From the IMG/VR virus record IMGVR_UViG_3300032240_000688, positions 2,199-66,198 of that record: 64,000 nt of DNA; one strand, written 5' to 3'. Origin of the DNA: a virus. Taxonomy: Duplodnaviria; Caudoviricetes. Under the pieces are notes generated by a model. The model did not search any database. It saw nothing but the letters and a program-made list of their open reading frames with translations, and was not told where the DNA came from. The translations under genes and the position numbers were made by a program. Numbering within the stretch: position 1 is the stretch's first letter; each line of letters opens with the position of its first letter. This document shows, one piece after another, positions 33,532 to 42,164 of the stretch.

Positions 33532-34935
33532 ATGTCTACATTCGTAGAAGCAATCGCAAATCAAGAAGCCCGTACTGCCAATGGCATGAAGGCTCGCAAG
33601 TCTACAGCCAACAAGGTTGTTGATTTGTTTTACAACATCGGTGCAAGCCGTGGCAAGGATATCGTACCTGCATTTGTAGGTGCCTACACTGAAGACCGCG
33701 AACTTGCACTTCGTATCGCACTATGGGCACGTGATGCTCGTGGTGGCGCAGGTGAACGTGACTTGTTCCGTTCAATCCTGAAGCACTTAGAAAAGACCGA
33801 CATCGATGCGGCCTTTGCTCTGCTTCGCAAGATTCCAGAGCTAGGTCGTTGGGACGACATCTTTGCTTTCACAACTCCAGAGTTGAAGAAGGCCGCATAC
33901 ACAATGCTAGGCGACGCACTCCGTGCTCAAAATGGCTTGGCGGCTAAGTGGACTCCTCGTAAGGGTGAAGTAGCACGTGAAATCCGTGAGTTCTTTGGTA
34001 TGAGCCCAAAGCAGTACCGTAAGAGCCTAGTAGCACTTACTAAGGTTGTTGAAACACAAATGTGTGCCAACGACTGGGATAACATCAACTTTAGCCATGT
34101 ACCATCTGTAGCGGCCAGCCGCTACAAGAAGGCATTTCACCGTCATACAGAAAAGTTCGCTGAGTATGTAGCGGCCTTGGTTAAGGGAGATCCAACTGTA
34201 AAGGTAAACGCTTCGGCAATTTACCCTTACGATGTCTTGAAGGGAGTGAACTACCGTTCATTCGACAAGACAGAAACTGACCACATCGTAGCGCAATGGG
34301 AAGCCTTGCCAAACTATGTGGGTAGCGCCAACATCCTACCAATGGTAGACGTGAGTGGCTCTATGAGCTGTCCAGCTGGCAAGAACACTTCGGTGACTTG
34401 CATGGACGTTGCAGTTTCATTAGGTTTGTACCTTGCAGACAAGAACACTGGCAAGTTCAAGGATACGTTCTTGACTTTCAGCGACAAGTCTGAACTTGTT
34501 ACTCTAAAGGGCAACGTAGTTCAAAAGATGGCCCAAATGGTTAAGTCCGATTGGGACATGAGTACAAACCTACATGCCGCTTTCAACAAGATTCTTGATG
34601 TAGCGGTTAAGAATGAAGTGCCTCAAGCAGAAATGCCAGAAATGGTTTTGATCTTGAGTGACATGCAATTCAACCAATGCGTTCGTCAAGACGACAGCGC
34701 AATGGAAATGATCGAACGCAAGTATGCGGCCGCAGGTTACTCTGTGCCACAAGTTGTGTTCTGGAACTTGAACAGTTCTGACAATGTGCCTGTAAAGGCA
34801 GACAAGTCAGGTGCGGCATTGGTAAGCGGGTTCAGTCCAGCTATCATGAAGGCCCTGCTTGCCGCAGACATGAGCGAGTTCACACCAGAAGGGATCATGT
34901 TAAAGACTGTGATGAGCGATCGTTACAGCTTCTAA
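33532..34935 (+). CDS. DUF2828 family protein (TROVE/Ro60-like helical domain plus vWA domain)
   Basis: RDARGGAGER, GRWDD, LAAKWTPR, INFSHVPSVA, MIDAS DVSGSM, STNL, ILSDMQF, FWNL, VSGFSP. Confidence 0.85.
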   Translation: MSTFVEAIANQEARTANGMKARKSTANKVVDLFYNIGASRGKDIVPAFVGAYTEDRELALRIALWARDARGGAGERDLFRSILKHLEKTDIDAAFALLRKIPELGRWDDIFAFTTPELKKAAYTMLGDALRAQNGLAAKWTPRKGEVAREIREFFGMSPKQYRKSLVALTKVVETQMCANDWDNINFSHVPSVAASRYKKAFHRHTEKFAEYVAALVKGDPTVKVNASAIYPYDVLKGVNYRSFDKTETDHIVAQWEALPNYVGSANILPMVDVSGSMSCPAGKNTSVTCMDVAVSLGLYLADKNTGKFKDTFLTFSDKSELVTLKGNVVQKMAQMVKSDWDMSTNLHAAFNKILDVAVKNEVPQAEMPEMVLILSDMQFNQCVRQDDSAMEMIERKYAAAGYSVPQVVFWNLNSSDNVPVKADKSGAALVSGFSPAIMKALLAADMSEFTPEGIMLKTVMSDRYSF

Positions 34936-34980
34936 GTACAGTTTAGTTGGGTGTACTGCAAACACCCACACCTTATTCCA

Positions 34981-35017
34981 AAAGGCTGTTGTGCGTTTAC
35001 AACAGTCTTTTATTTTT
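34981..35017 (+). terminator. Intrinsic terminator
   Basis: AAAGGCTGTTGT...ACAACAGTCTTT then T-rich tail. Confidence 0.7.
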
Positions 35018-35021
35018 CTAC

Positions 35022-35050
35022 TTGACAGGTAATACCAGTTCTGTTATACT
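35022..35050 (+). promoter_or_regulatory. sigma70 promoter
   Basis: TTGACA-17-TATACT. Confidence 0.8.
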
Positions 35051-35070
35051 GTATATAACAGGAGTAAGAA

Positions 35071-35472
35071 ATGCAATACGAAATCGAAGCAAGCCCAAAA
35101 ACAAAGAAGTACATAGAAGCATTACTACCTTCGATGTTTTCCCAATTAGGACTATCTAACAGCAGGAAGTTTCTTACTATCAAAGTAGAGAAAGATCACG
35201 AAGCACTAGGAACAATGATACCGTTTAGTGGTATCCATCACTATTTGGTCGTATTAAGATACACAAAAAAATATGATATTTTAGGCAGTACATTGGCACA
35301 CGAATTGGTACATGTGGCACAATTTGCCAAAGGCATCTGCAAGCCTACTCCTAAAGGAAAAAAGTGGAAGGGCAAGTTTTATCACAACGACCATCCTTAT
35401 TTAGATCAGCCTTGGGAAGTACAGGCATTCGCCAAACAAGAGATAATTTTTAGACGAGCAATTGAAATTTAA
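35071..35472 (+). CDS. Putative zinc metallopeptidase
   Basis: TLAHELVHVAQ (HExxH) and PWEVQAF. Confidence 0.7.
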   Translation: MQYEIEASPKTKKYIEALLPSMFSQLGLSNSRKFLTIKVEKDHEALGTMIPFSGIHHYLVVLRYTKKYDILGSTLAHELVHVAQFAKGICKPTPKGKKWKGKFYHNDHPYLDQPWEVQAFAKQEIIFRRAIEI

Positions 35473-35490
35473 TTAAGAAAGGAGCAACAG

Positions 35491-36072
35491 ATGTCAAACA
35501 TATTTGTAACAAGTGACACACACTTTGGCCATGCTGGCGTCTGTGTGTTCACTACAGATGACGGGTCGAAGCTTAGGCCATGGGCCAGTGCCGACAAAAT
35601 GGACGAGGACATGGTCGAGCGTTGGAACGCTGTGGTCAAACCCGAGGACAAAGTTTACCATCTTGGTGACGTAGTAATCAACCGTAAGGCTCTTGGCATC
35701 ATGCGTAGACTTAACGGTCGCAAGGTCCTTATCAAGGGCAACCACGATATCTTTAAGTTAAGCGACTATGTCGAACACTTTAAGGACATCAGGGCATATC
35801 ATGTAATGGACGGTATGATTTTTAGTCATATCCCAATGCACGTTGAAAGCCTTGCTAGGTTTGGATGTAACGTTCACGGACACTTACACGCCAATAGAGT
35901 AATGCGAGTCAAGCATACAGGTGCTACACCTGAAATTGACCCAAGATACTTTAGTGCCTGCGTTGAGCATCACAACTTTGCCCCCGTGGCTTTTGAAGAT
36001 ATGGTTGCAAAGATCAAGGCTCAAGGTGGGGATATTAAATTTAAGGTTAAAGAAACCAAAGGAGCAGATTGA
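35491..36072 (+). CDS. Calcineurin-like metallophosphoesterase
   Basis: SDTHFGH, HLGDV, KGNHD, SHIP, HGHLH. Confidence 0.88.
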   Translation: MSNIFVTSDTHFGHAGVCVFTTDDGSKLRPWASADKMDEDMVERWNAVVKPEDKVYHLGDVVINRKALGIMRRLNGRKVLIKGNHDIFKLSDYVEHFKDIRAYHVMDGMIFSHIPMHVESLARFGCNVHGHLHANRVMRVKHTGATPEIDPRYFSACVEHHNFAPVAFEDMVAKIKAQGGDIKFKVKETKGAD

Positions 36073-36563
36073 TGTGGATACAAAATGTAGCATTGAGTGA
36101 CATCAAAAAAGGTTTTCACATTGAACCTGGTCCTAATGCTATGCTGATTCAGATTGTAGACTGTGGCATGGAGTTCCCCCATCCTGCACGAGAATTCAAA
36201 GAAGTACATCAATTTGAATTCCTTGATGTAGAGGAAAAGGACGAAGTGCTAGAGGAAGCTATGAAGTGTAGCCATGAGCAGGCCGCAGAGCTTGTTCGCT
36301 TGTTACAACACGCATTGGCTAATCGTATGAACGTAATTGTTCATTGTGTAGCTGGTGTGTGCCGTAGCGGTGCAGTATGCGAAGTTGGCGTTATGCTGGG
36401 CTTTGATGATACTGAAGCCTTCCGTAGTCCTAACCTGTTGGTCAAGCATCGCATGATGAAGCATTTGGGTTGGACCTATGACGAGAACGAGTGTCACACT
36501 ATCAACGGTGTGACGCTCGATTCTGGTCTAATTGTTCCTAAAAACTATGAAGGTGATATTTGA
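36072..36563 (+). CDS. Cys-based (CX5R) phosphatase
   Basis: VHCVAGVCRSGAV active-site loop. Confidence 0.8.
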   Translation: MWIQNVALSDIKKGFHIEPGPNAMLIQIVDCGMEFPHPAREFKEVHQFEFLDVEEKDEVLEEAMKCSHEQAAELVRLLQHALANRMNVIVHCVAGVCRSGAVCEVGVMLGFDDTEAFRSPNLLVKHRMMKHLGWTYDENECHTINGVTLDSGLIVPKNYEGDI

Positions 36564-37024
36564 TGCCTAAGTGTTATCAATTGATTGGAGTACCTGCCGC
36601 AGGTAAAACTACTTGGCTTAGAAGTCAAAACTGGATCACGGATATGGAATATGTGAGTACAGATCATCATGTTCATGAGTATGCCAAACTGCAAGGTAAG
36701 ACTTACAGGGAAGTATTTGAAGAATACATGCCCCGAGCAGTTGAACTAATGGCCAAAGATGTTATTGCGGCTAGAGAAGCAGGCCGCGATATCATTTGGG
36801 ATCAAACCAGCACCACTGTTAAAAGTCGTGCTCGCAAGTTCCGTATGCTTCCTGACTATTGGCATGTTGCAGTTGTGTTTCAAACTCCTGCAATACCAGT
36901 TTTAAAGGAACGGTTGGCGTTACGTGTGAATCAACCCATTCCCTGGGAAGTTGTACAAGGCATGTTGGACAATTTTGAGATGCCAACTAATGCCGAAGGC
37001 TTTGCAGAAATATGGCGAGTGTAG
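36563..37024 (+). CDS. P-loop kinase (AAA_33, polynucleotide-kinase-like)
   Basis: GVPAAGKTT, VSTD, IIWDQT...SR, LKERLALR. Confidence 0.8.
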   Translation: MPKCYQLIGVPAAGKTTWLRSQNWITDMEYVSTDHHVHEYAKLQGKTYREVFEEYMPRAVELMAKDVIAAREAGRDIIWDQTSTTVKSRARKFRMLPDYWHVAVVFQTPAIPVLKERLALRVNQPIPWEVVQGMLDNFEMPTNAEGFAEIWRV

Positions 37025-37039
37025 TATAATAACAGCTAC

Positions 37040-37123
37040 GCGAGAGTGGAGAAATGGTATACTCAGGAGACTTAAAATCTCCCGTCGCAAGGCATGCGGG
37101 TTCGAGTCCCGCCTCTCGTACCA
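37040..37123 (+). tRNA. tRNA-Leu(TAA)
   Basis: Loop CTTAAAA, long variable arm, ACCA. Confidence 0.95.
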
Positions 37124-37127
37124 GAAA

Positions 37128-37455
37128 ACCCGGGCACCCTTGCCCGTTATACAAAGGGGGTGGGGCAGTCACCATAAAGAGTGCTAGGCGTGTAGTGCAT
37201 CGGCCATCCGTACTCTGTGGTGGAGTGGCGGGAACGCATTAGGTGAGGTTTAACACCTTTCCAAAAGAATAAATGTTATGGACGGGGTAACCACCCAGTC
37301 TAGGGCCTATGTGGTGTAGGTAGCTAGACACTTTATATGTGCTCTTTGAGTAGCTACAGTGGAACACCGAAATACCGGTCAATGTCGACCATGTACCGGG
37401 ACCGGCCATGAAGAGTTGGGCTACCGCGAATTCAAGCGTCACAGAGAGCACCTAT
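37128..37455 (+). ncRNA. Unidentified multi-domain structured RNA between two tRNAs
   Basis: GC-rich; long-range stems 37174-87/37324-36 and 37339-48/37442-51; no credible ORF. Confidence 0.55.
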
Positions 37456-37460
37456 AAAGT

Positions 37461-37534
37461 GCGGGATTAGTTTAATGGTAAAACAGCAGATTTCCAATCT
37501 TCGGTCGGGGGTTCGATTCCCCCATCCCGCTCCA
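37461..37534 (+). tRNA. tRNA-Gly(TCC)
   Basis: Loop TTTCCAA, TCCA. Confidence 0.93.
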
Positions 37535-37562
37535 TTTTAACAGCAGACAGATAAATAATTAT

Positions 37563-38015
37563 ATGCTAACATTTATAACAGACATTGCCAGTCCTTTACT
37601 ACAGTTCATCAAGGATGATCCAGTACGTCCTGAGATTCCTGCAGAGTTTCGTGTTAGCAATAACAGATTTGTTAGCAGTATTGTTGACGGTGAAGATCCT
37701 AAAGCAATGGTCTGCGTAAGTCTTTGCGATCAAGTACCTGCTTCCGTAGCAGAACTAACACAGGATGCTCTTGCACCTACAACAGCAATTTTCTATACAA
37801 TTTGGAGTTATGCTCCGGGTGCTGGCAAAGAGTTGTTAATGCAGACTGTAGACGAGATCAAGAAGCAATTCCCCGGAGTTACTCGTTTTGTAACACTAAG
37901 TCCCAAGTCAGAAATGGCCAAGCGATTCCATCTTAAGAATGGTGCTGAGATTTTTAGAGAAAACGAAGATACTATAAACTACGAATACAAAGTTTTACAG
38001 TCTGACGCCGCTTAG
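37563..38015 (+). CDS. Hypothetical phage protein (possible GNAT-like fold)
   Basis: DDPVRP, FYTIWSYAPGAG, VTLSPK..A.RFHLKNGA. Confidence 0.6.
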   Translation: MLTFITDIASPLLQFIKDDPVRPEIPAEFRVSNNRFVSSIVDGEDPKAMVCVSLCDQVPASVAELTQDALAPTTAIFYTIWSYAPGAGKELLMQTVDEIKKQFPGVTRFVTLSPKSEMAKRFHLKNGAEIFRENEDTINYEYKVLQSDAA

Positions 38016-38633
38016 ACTTTCTGCGTGTCCAACGTAGCCCCTAATCATTATGTTGAATGAGAGTGAAATTCTATTATTTTCACTCTCATTCTTTTTGACC
38101 CCGTGTACCATAGGGCTTAACCAAAGCATGAGTTCGCTAGGGTTAGGAGTAACATAGATACAGTTCTTGCTGATCATGCTTACAGGGTTTTGATTAGATT
38201 CGTCTACGTTAGGTACAAATTGGAATGTGTTGGGATTATGGAATACGATAGGACTTTGATCAACACCGAATGGATAATAGGTGCCACTAATGATACTGTT
38301 GGTGTGTCTATGGATATGATGGTGCTGACCAGGTACTGTAACGTTGATCCAACTTTGGGTTAGTTCTATTTCAATATCTTGGTAGGCAAGTACATCACGA
38401 GCATAAAAACTAACATGCTCAAGGATATCATCTTTAAGAGGTTTCAGCTCTGGGCGTTCCAAAATATCAATTGCGTTGTGTATTAGGTTACCCTGGTTAT
38501 CACGCAATGGTTCATTTTGAACAATGGTTAAAAGTGTTTGATTAACACCCTGTTTGTTTTCTAACATGTGGCGCATTAGGGGCCAAGCAAACAGTGGAAA
38601 AAGTCCGATATCTTTAGTATTCATAGTAGACAT
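37995..38633 (-). CDS. 2OG-Fe(II) oxygenase-like protein (TIGR02466-like)
   Basis: QSWIN, HRHTNSIISGTYY, HGV, RISLSFN. Confidence 0.8.
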   Translation of the reverse strand: MSTMNTKDIGLFPLFAWPLMRHMLENKQGVNQTLLTIVQNEPLRDNQGNLIHNAIDILERPELKPLKDDILEHVSFYARDVLAYQDIEIELTQSWINVTVPGQHHHIHRHTNSIISGTYYPFGVDQSPIVFHNPNTFQFVPNVDESNQNPVSMISKNCIYVTPNPSELMLWLSPMVHGVKKNESENNRISLSFNIMIRGYVGHAESLSGVRL

Positions 38634-38681
38634 ATTTAAAATACTATGTTATAATAACAAGCAAATATGAAAGAGGTTTAA

Positions 38682-39566
38682 ATGATTATAGTTACGGGCG
38701 GTGGAGGTTTTATTGGAAGTGCCATGGTTGGCTACTTAAACAGTATCGGGCGTACTGATGTGATGGTCATTGACGATATGCCTCATGCAGATCAGTATAA
38801 GAATCTCGTAGGTAAGAAATTTTCCATTATGGAGCAAGATGAACAGGGACTACTGTCGCATTATAGTCCTGGGGATATTGAAGCAGTTATACATTTAGGT
38901 GCTATCACTAACACCTTGCACAATGATTGGGCATCGCTTTACAAACACAACGTCCGCCCAACAAGACAACTATCAGGTCTTTGTAGGGAACTACGCATAC
39001 CAATGGTGTTCGCCAGCTCGGCGGCTACCTATGGCAACGGCAATGGTCCATTAAATCAATACGCATTAAGCAAACAAATTAGCGAAACAGAAATTAGCCA
39101 GCACTCGGCCTGCTTGAAATTCTTTAACGTGTACGGTCCTAACGAATATCATAAAGGACGTATGGCAAGTACTATCCTACATTGGTACAATCAAATTCAA
39201 GACACTGGCAGTATTAAGATCTTTGAAGACAGCGATCAATACTACAGAGACTTTATCTACGTCGAGGATGTGTGTCGTGCTTGTTGGCATATGGTTGAGA
39301 ACTATAAGCCGGGTGTCTACGATCTAGGCACAGGTAAGAGTGTTAACTTTGAACGTGTTGCCAAAGAGTTGGCCAAACATGTTGATCAAGAAGTTTACTT
39401 TGACTACATTCCGATGCCGGCTGATCTTAAGGCGCAGTATCAAACAGATACAAAAGCTGATACAACAGCCATTGCGACAACTGGTTTTGACGTGGACTTG
39501 TGCAGATCAGTGGTAGAAGGGGTTGAAGATTATGCGGAATACTTAAAAGGACATAGCTATCTATGA
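38682..39566 (+). CDS. hldD: ADP-L-glycero-D-manno-heptose 6-epimerase-like protein
   Basis: MIIVTGGGGFIGS, ASSAATYG, PLNQYALSK, FNVYGPNEYHKGRMAS, YQTDTKAD. Confidence 0.85.
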   Translation: MIIVTGGGGFIGSAMVGYLNSIGRTDVMVIDDMPHADQYKNLVGKKFSIMEQDEQGLLSHYSPGDIEAVIHLGAITNTLHNDWASLYKHNVRPTRQLSGLCRELRIPMVFASSAATYGNGNGPLNQYALSKQISETEISQHSACLKFFNVYGPNEYHKGRMASTILHWYNQIQDTGSIKIFEDSDQYYRDFIYVEDVCRACWHMVENYKPGVYDLGTGKSVNFERVAKELAKHVDQEVYFDYIPMPADLKAQYQTDTKADTTAIATTGFDVDLCRSVVEGVEDYAEYLKGHSYL

Positions 39567-40162
39567 TAGGCGAAATATATGTATTAGATGATGTGATATC
39601 TCCCGGGTATCAGGATCTTGTAGAAAGAGAACTAATGAGCAAAAATGCTCCGTGGCATTATCAGCGGGACATTGCACTCGATGTTGAGGATCCTGATGCA
39701 AAAGTAAACGGTCGTACTCCCGGACTTAGTCATGTATTCTTTGACGTAGACTCGGGCGGTATCCGCAGTCCCATGATGCATTACATGACCATGCCGATTA
39801 TGTTTGAAGCTGTTCATAGGATAGGGTATAACGCACAGGGTCTTATCCAGAGCCGTAGTTTTATGCATTTTCCAATAGCTGACAAACTGCGAAAACCCTA
39901 CGACAATGTCCATGTCGACTATGGCATCAATCACCTAGTTTGTCTCTACTATGTAAATGACACAGACGGTGACACATTTATTTTTGATAAAAAGTTTAAT
40001 AAACAAGATCCTAATCCAGATTTTTCCAAAATAAATTTAAAGGTAAAAGATCGTATTACCCCAAAGAAGGGTCGCTGTATCCTATTTGATGGGGACTGGT
40101 ATCACAGCAGTTCGGGCCCTACAGAGGACGTTCGCTGTATCATTAACTTTGATGTTGTTTGA
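39563..40162 (+). CDS. 2OG-Fe(II) oxygenase-like protein
   Basis: HVD, LYYVNDTDGDT, PKKGR..LFDG..YHSS, RCIINF. Confidence 0.78.
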   Translation: MIGEIYVLDDVISPGYQDLVERELMSKNAPWHYQRDIALDVEDPDAKVNGRTPGLSHVFFDVDSGGIRSPMMHYMTMPIMFEAVHRIGYNAQGLIQSRSFMHFPIADKLRKPYDNVHVDYGINHLVCLYYVNDTDGDTFIFDKKFNKQDPNPDFSKINLKVKDRITPKKGRCILFDGDWYHSSSGPTEDVRCIINFDVV

Positions 40163-40209
40163 ACGATATTGTTCTTGCATGGTTTTCTTATATCTGCTAT
40201 AATTACATA

Positions 40210-40311
40210 GCGGCTGTAAGCAAATTAGCAAAGCTCTCGCCATTTATGGTGTAGGATAGGGCAACGACTTAGTCATCGCTCTTGGTGGTTCGAATCCACC
40301 CAGCCGCACCA
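40210..40311 (+). ncRNA. tRNA-like RNA with aberrant anticodon/variable region
   Basis: Perfect acceptor GCGGCTG/CAGCCGC-ACCA, T-arm GGTGG-TTCGAAT-CCACC, D-like arm; centre has two hairpins and no 7-nt anticodon loop. Confidence 0.7.
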
Positions 40312-40335
40312 TATTCTCATAGTAAATAACAGCAG

Positions 40336-40411
40336 GCCCATTTGGCACAGCTGGTAGCGCAACTGATTTGTAATCAGTAGGTCGGGAGTTCGAATCTCTC
40401 AATGGGCACCA
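40336..40411 (+). tRNA. tRNA-Thr(TGT), second copy
   Basis: ACTGA-TTTGTAA-TCAGT arm, ACCA. Confidence 0.95.
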
Positions 40412-40428
40412 TAATAATAAAGGATTAT

Positions 40429-41028
40429 ATGTTTAATACTATTGAAGAACTAAAAACTCATGTTGAGCATTTAAAAACAGCACCCCCATACGAAATCAAT
40501 GAGCATCTTGCAACATTGCAAAGATTCGCATCAGAGTGCGAAACTATCTGCGAGTTTGGTGTTGGTTGGTTTACCAGCACATGGTCATTGTTGTCCACTC
40601 AACCTAAATGGATGAGAAGCTACGATTACAATCCACAATACGAAGAAGTAGGACACAAGGCAAAGGAAGCCGCAGATTCTGTTCATGCGGCCGCTGCCAC
40701 GCTAGGAATAGATTTCAAACTGACTATACAGGATACAGGTGCTGATGGCTTTGTCATCGACGACTGCGATTTGCTGTTTATTGACAGCTTACATAATGGT
40801 TGGCATCTCAAAAAAGAACTAACTAATAATGGTCATAAAGTAAGAAAGTATATCATATTCCACGATACTGAAAAGTATGGTTGGTTAGGGCAAGATCATG
40901 TCCGCGATCTGCATCCAGATGTTCCTGGTTTGAATGGCGCCATCGATGAGTTTTTAGCAAACAATCCCCAGTGGCAAATTAAAGAACGCTACTCTAACTG
41001 TAACGGACTAACAGTCATTGGAAAATGA
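40429..41028 (+). CDS. Class I SAM-dependent methyltransferase (Methyltransf_24-like)
   Basis: CEFGVG..STW, DLLFIDSLH, IIFHDT; start moved outside the tRNA. Confidence 0.75.
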   Translation: MFNTIEELKTHVEHLKTAPPYEINEHLATLQRFASECETICEFGVGWFTSTWSLLSTQPKWMRSYDYNPQYEEVGHKAKEAADSVHAAAATLGIDFKLTIQDTGADGFVIDDCDLLFIDSLHNGWHLKKELTNNGHKVRKYIIFHDTEKYGWLGQDHVRDLHPDVPGLNGAIDEFLANNPQWQIKERYSNCNGLTVIGK

Positions 41029-41882
41029 TTTCTGATCTAACTATCGTTGTAATTGACAGCCTCAATTACAACGCTTCTGTTATAGCGTTAGACCAAACCA
41101 AAAAAATACTTCCTCAGGCTAAGGTATTGATCATAAGTGATAAAGAATTTTATCCTTGTGATAAGTTCCAATACGTTGATAAATTTGACGGTACAGAACA
41201 TTCTAGAATCTGCCTGCAGGAAGTACACAAACATGTAGACACATCACACGCATTGTTTATTCAATACGATGGATTCCCTACCCAACCTCAATACTGGACT
41301 GATGAATTTTTAAAGTACGACTACATCGGTTCTCCGTGGATCAAGAACGATCAATGGAGGGTAGGCAATGGTGGCTTCAGTTTACGCAGTAAAAAACTAC
41401 TAGAGTTAACGCAATATACTCCGCAGGTGTTTGATGGTGATATTGGTCACCTAGAAGATCAAGTTATTAGTATTAGTAGTCGTGTTTGGCTAGAAGCTAG
41501 AGGAATCCGCTATCCGTCTATCGAGTTAGCCGCGCAGTTTGGTACTGTTGAACCATTCATGTTAAAACCCTCTTTTGGTTTTCACGGACATGGATTAGTA
41601 GCAGAGTATTTAGGAAAAGAAAAAACCCTAGAGTGGCTTGATGCTATAGACAACGACTTTAGTGTGTATCATAGGAATTTGTTTACCATTCCCTATTACC
41701 TGTGGAAATGGAATGAGCTGGACCGTCTAAGAAGTTTTATGCTACGGGCTAACGAAGTTTTTCCAGGATATACAGAAAAGTGCTGGAGCGAATGTAGATG
41801 GCGCATTGGCCTAGCTTACCCAGATCAAGATCCCTGGGAGTTGCAAAAAATGATATTTGTCTACGGATATACGGGTCCTTAG
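41025..41882 (+). CDS. DUF5672-like glycosyltransferase-related protein
   Basis: LFIQYDG, FLKYDYIGSPW, VGNGGFSLRSKKLL, FGFHG. Confidence 0.75.
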   Translation: MISDLTIVVIDSLNYNASVIALDQTKKILPQAKVLIISDKEFYPCDKFQYVDKFDGTEHSRICLQEVHKHVDTSHALFIQYDGFPTQPQYWTDEFLKYDYIGSPWIKNDQWRVGNGGFSLRSKKLLELTQYTPQVFDGDIGHLEDQVISISSRVWLEARGIRYPSIELAAQFGTVEPFMLKPSFGFHGHGLVAEYLGKEKTLEWLDAIDNDFSVYHRNLFTIPYYLWKWNELDRLRSFMLRANEVFPGYTEKCWSECRWRIGLAYPDQDPWELQKMIFVYGYTGP

Positions 41883-41947
41883 TTCAATGGATAGAATACG
41901 AGTCTTCGAAACTTGCGATGTAGGTTCGATTCCTACAGGGCCCGCCA
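41873..41947 (+). tRNA. tRNA-Arg(TCG)
   Basis: Loop CTTCGAA, GCCA; 5' end overlaps upstream stop codon. Confidence 0.93.
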
Positions 41948-41969
41948 ACACATAAAGATAATTACTCAT

Positions 41970-42164
41970 ATGAACAGAGAACAAATTATTCACTCAATGT
42001 GTATGACTTTCAGACATGATTATGGACTGCTAAGTGCAGACGAACGTGCAGGATTACATCGAACAATGAGCCAAATCTTTGACAATGATATTGCACCTCA
42101 CATGTCGTTCAAACCAAGTCAGCTAGATCAATATTGGGCTAATCAACACCAATACTCAGAATGA
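41970..42164 (+). CDS. Hypothetical protein
   Basis: MNREQIIHSMCMTFRHDYGL; stop overlaps next start. Confidence 0.6.
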   Translation: MNREQIIHSMCMTFRHDYGLLSADERAGLHRTMSQIFDNDIAPHMSFKPSQLDQYWANQHQYSE

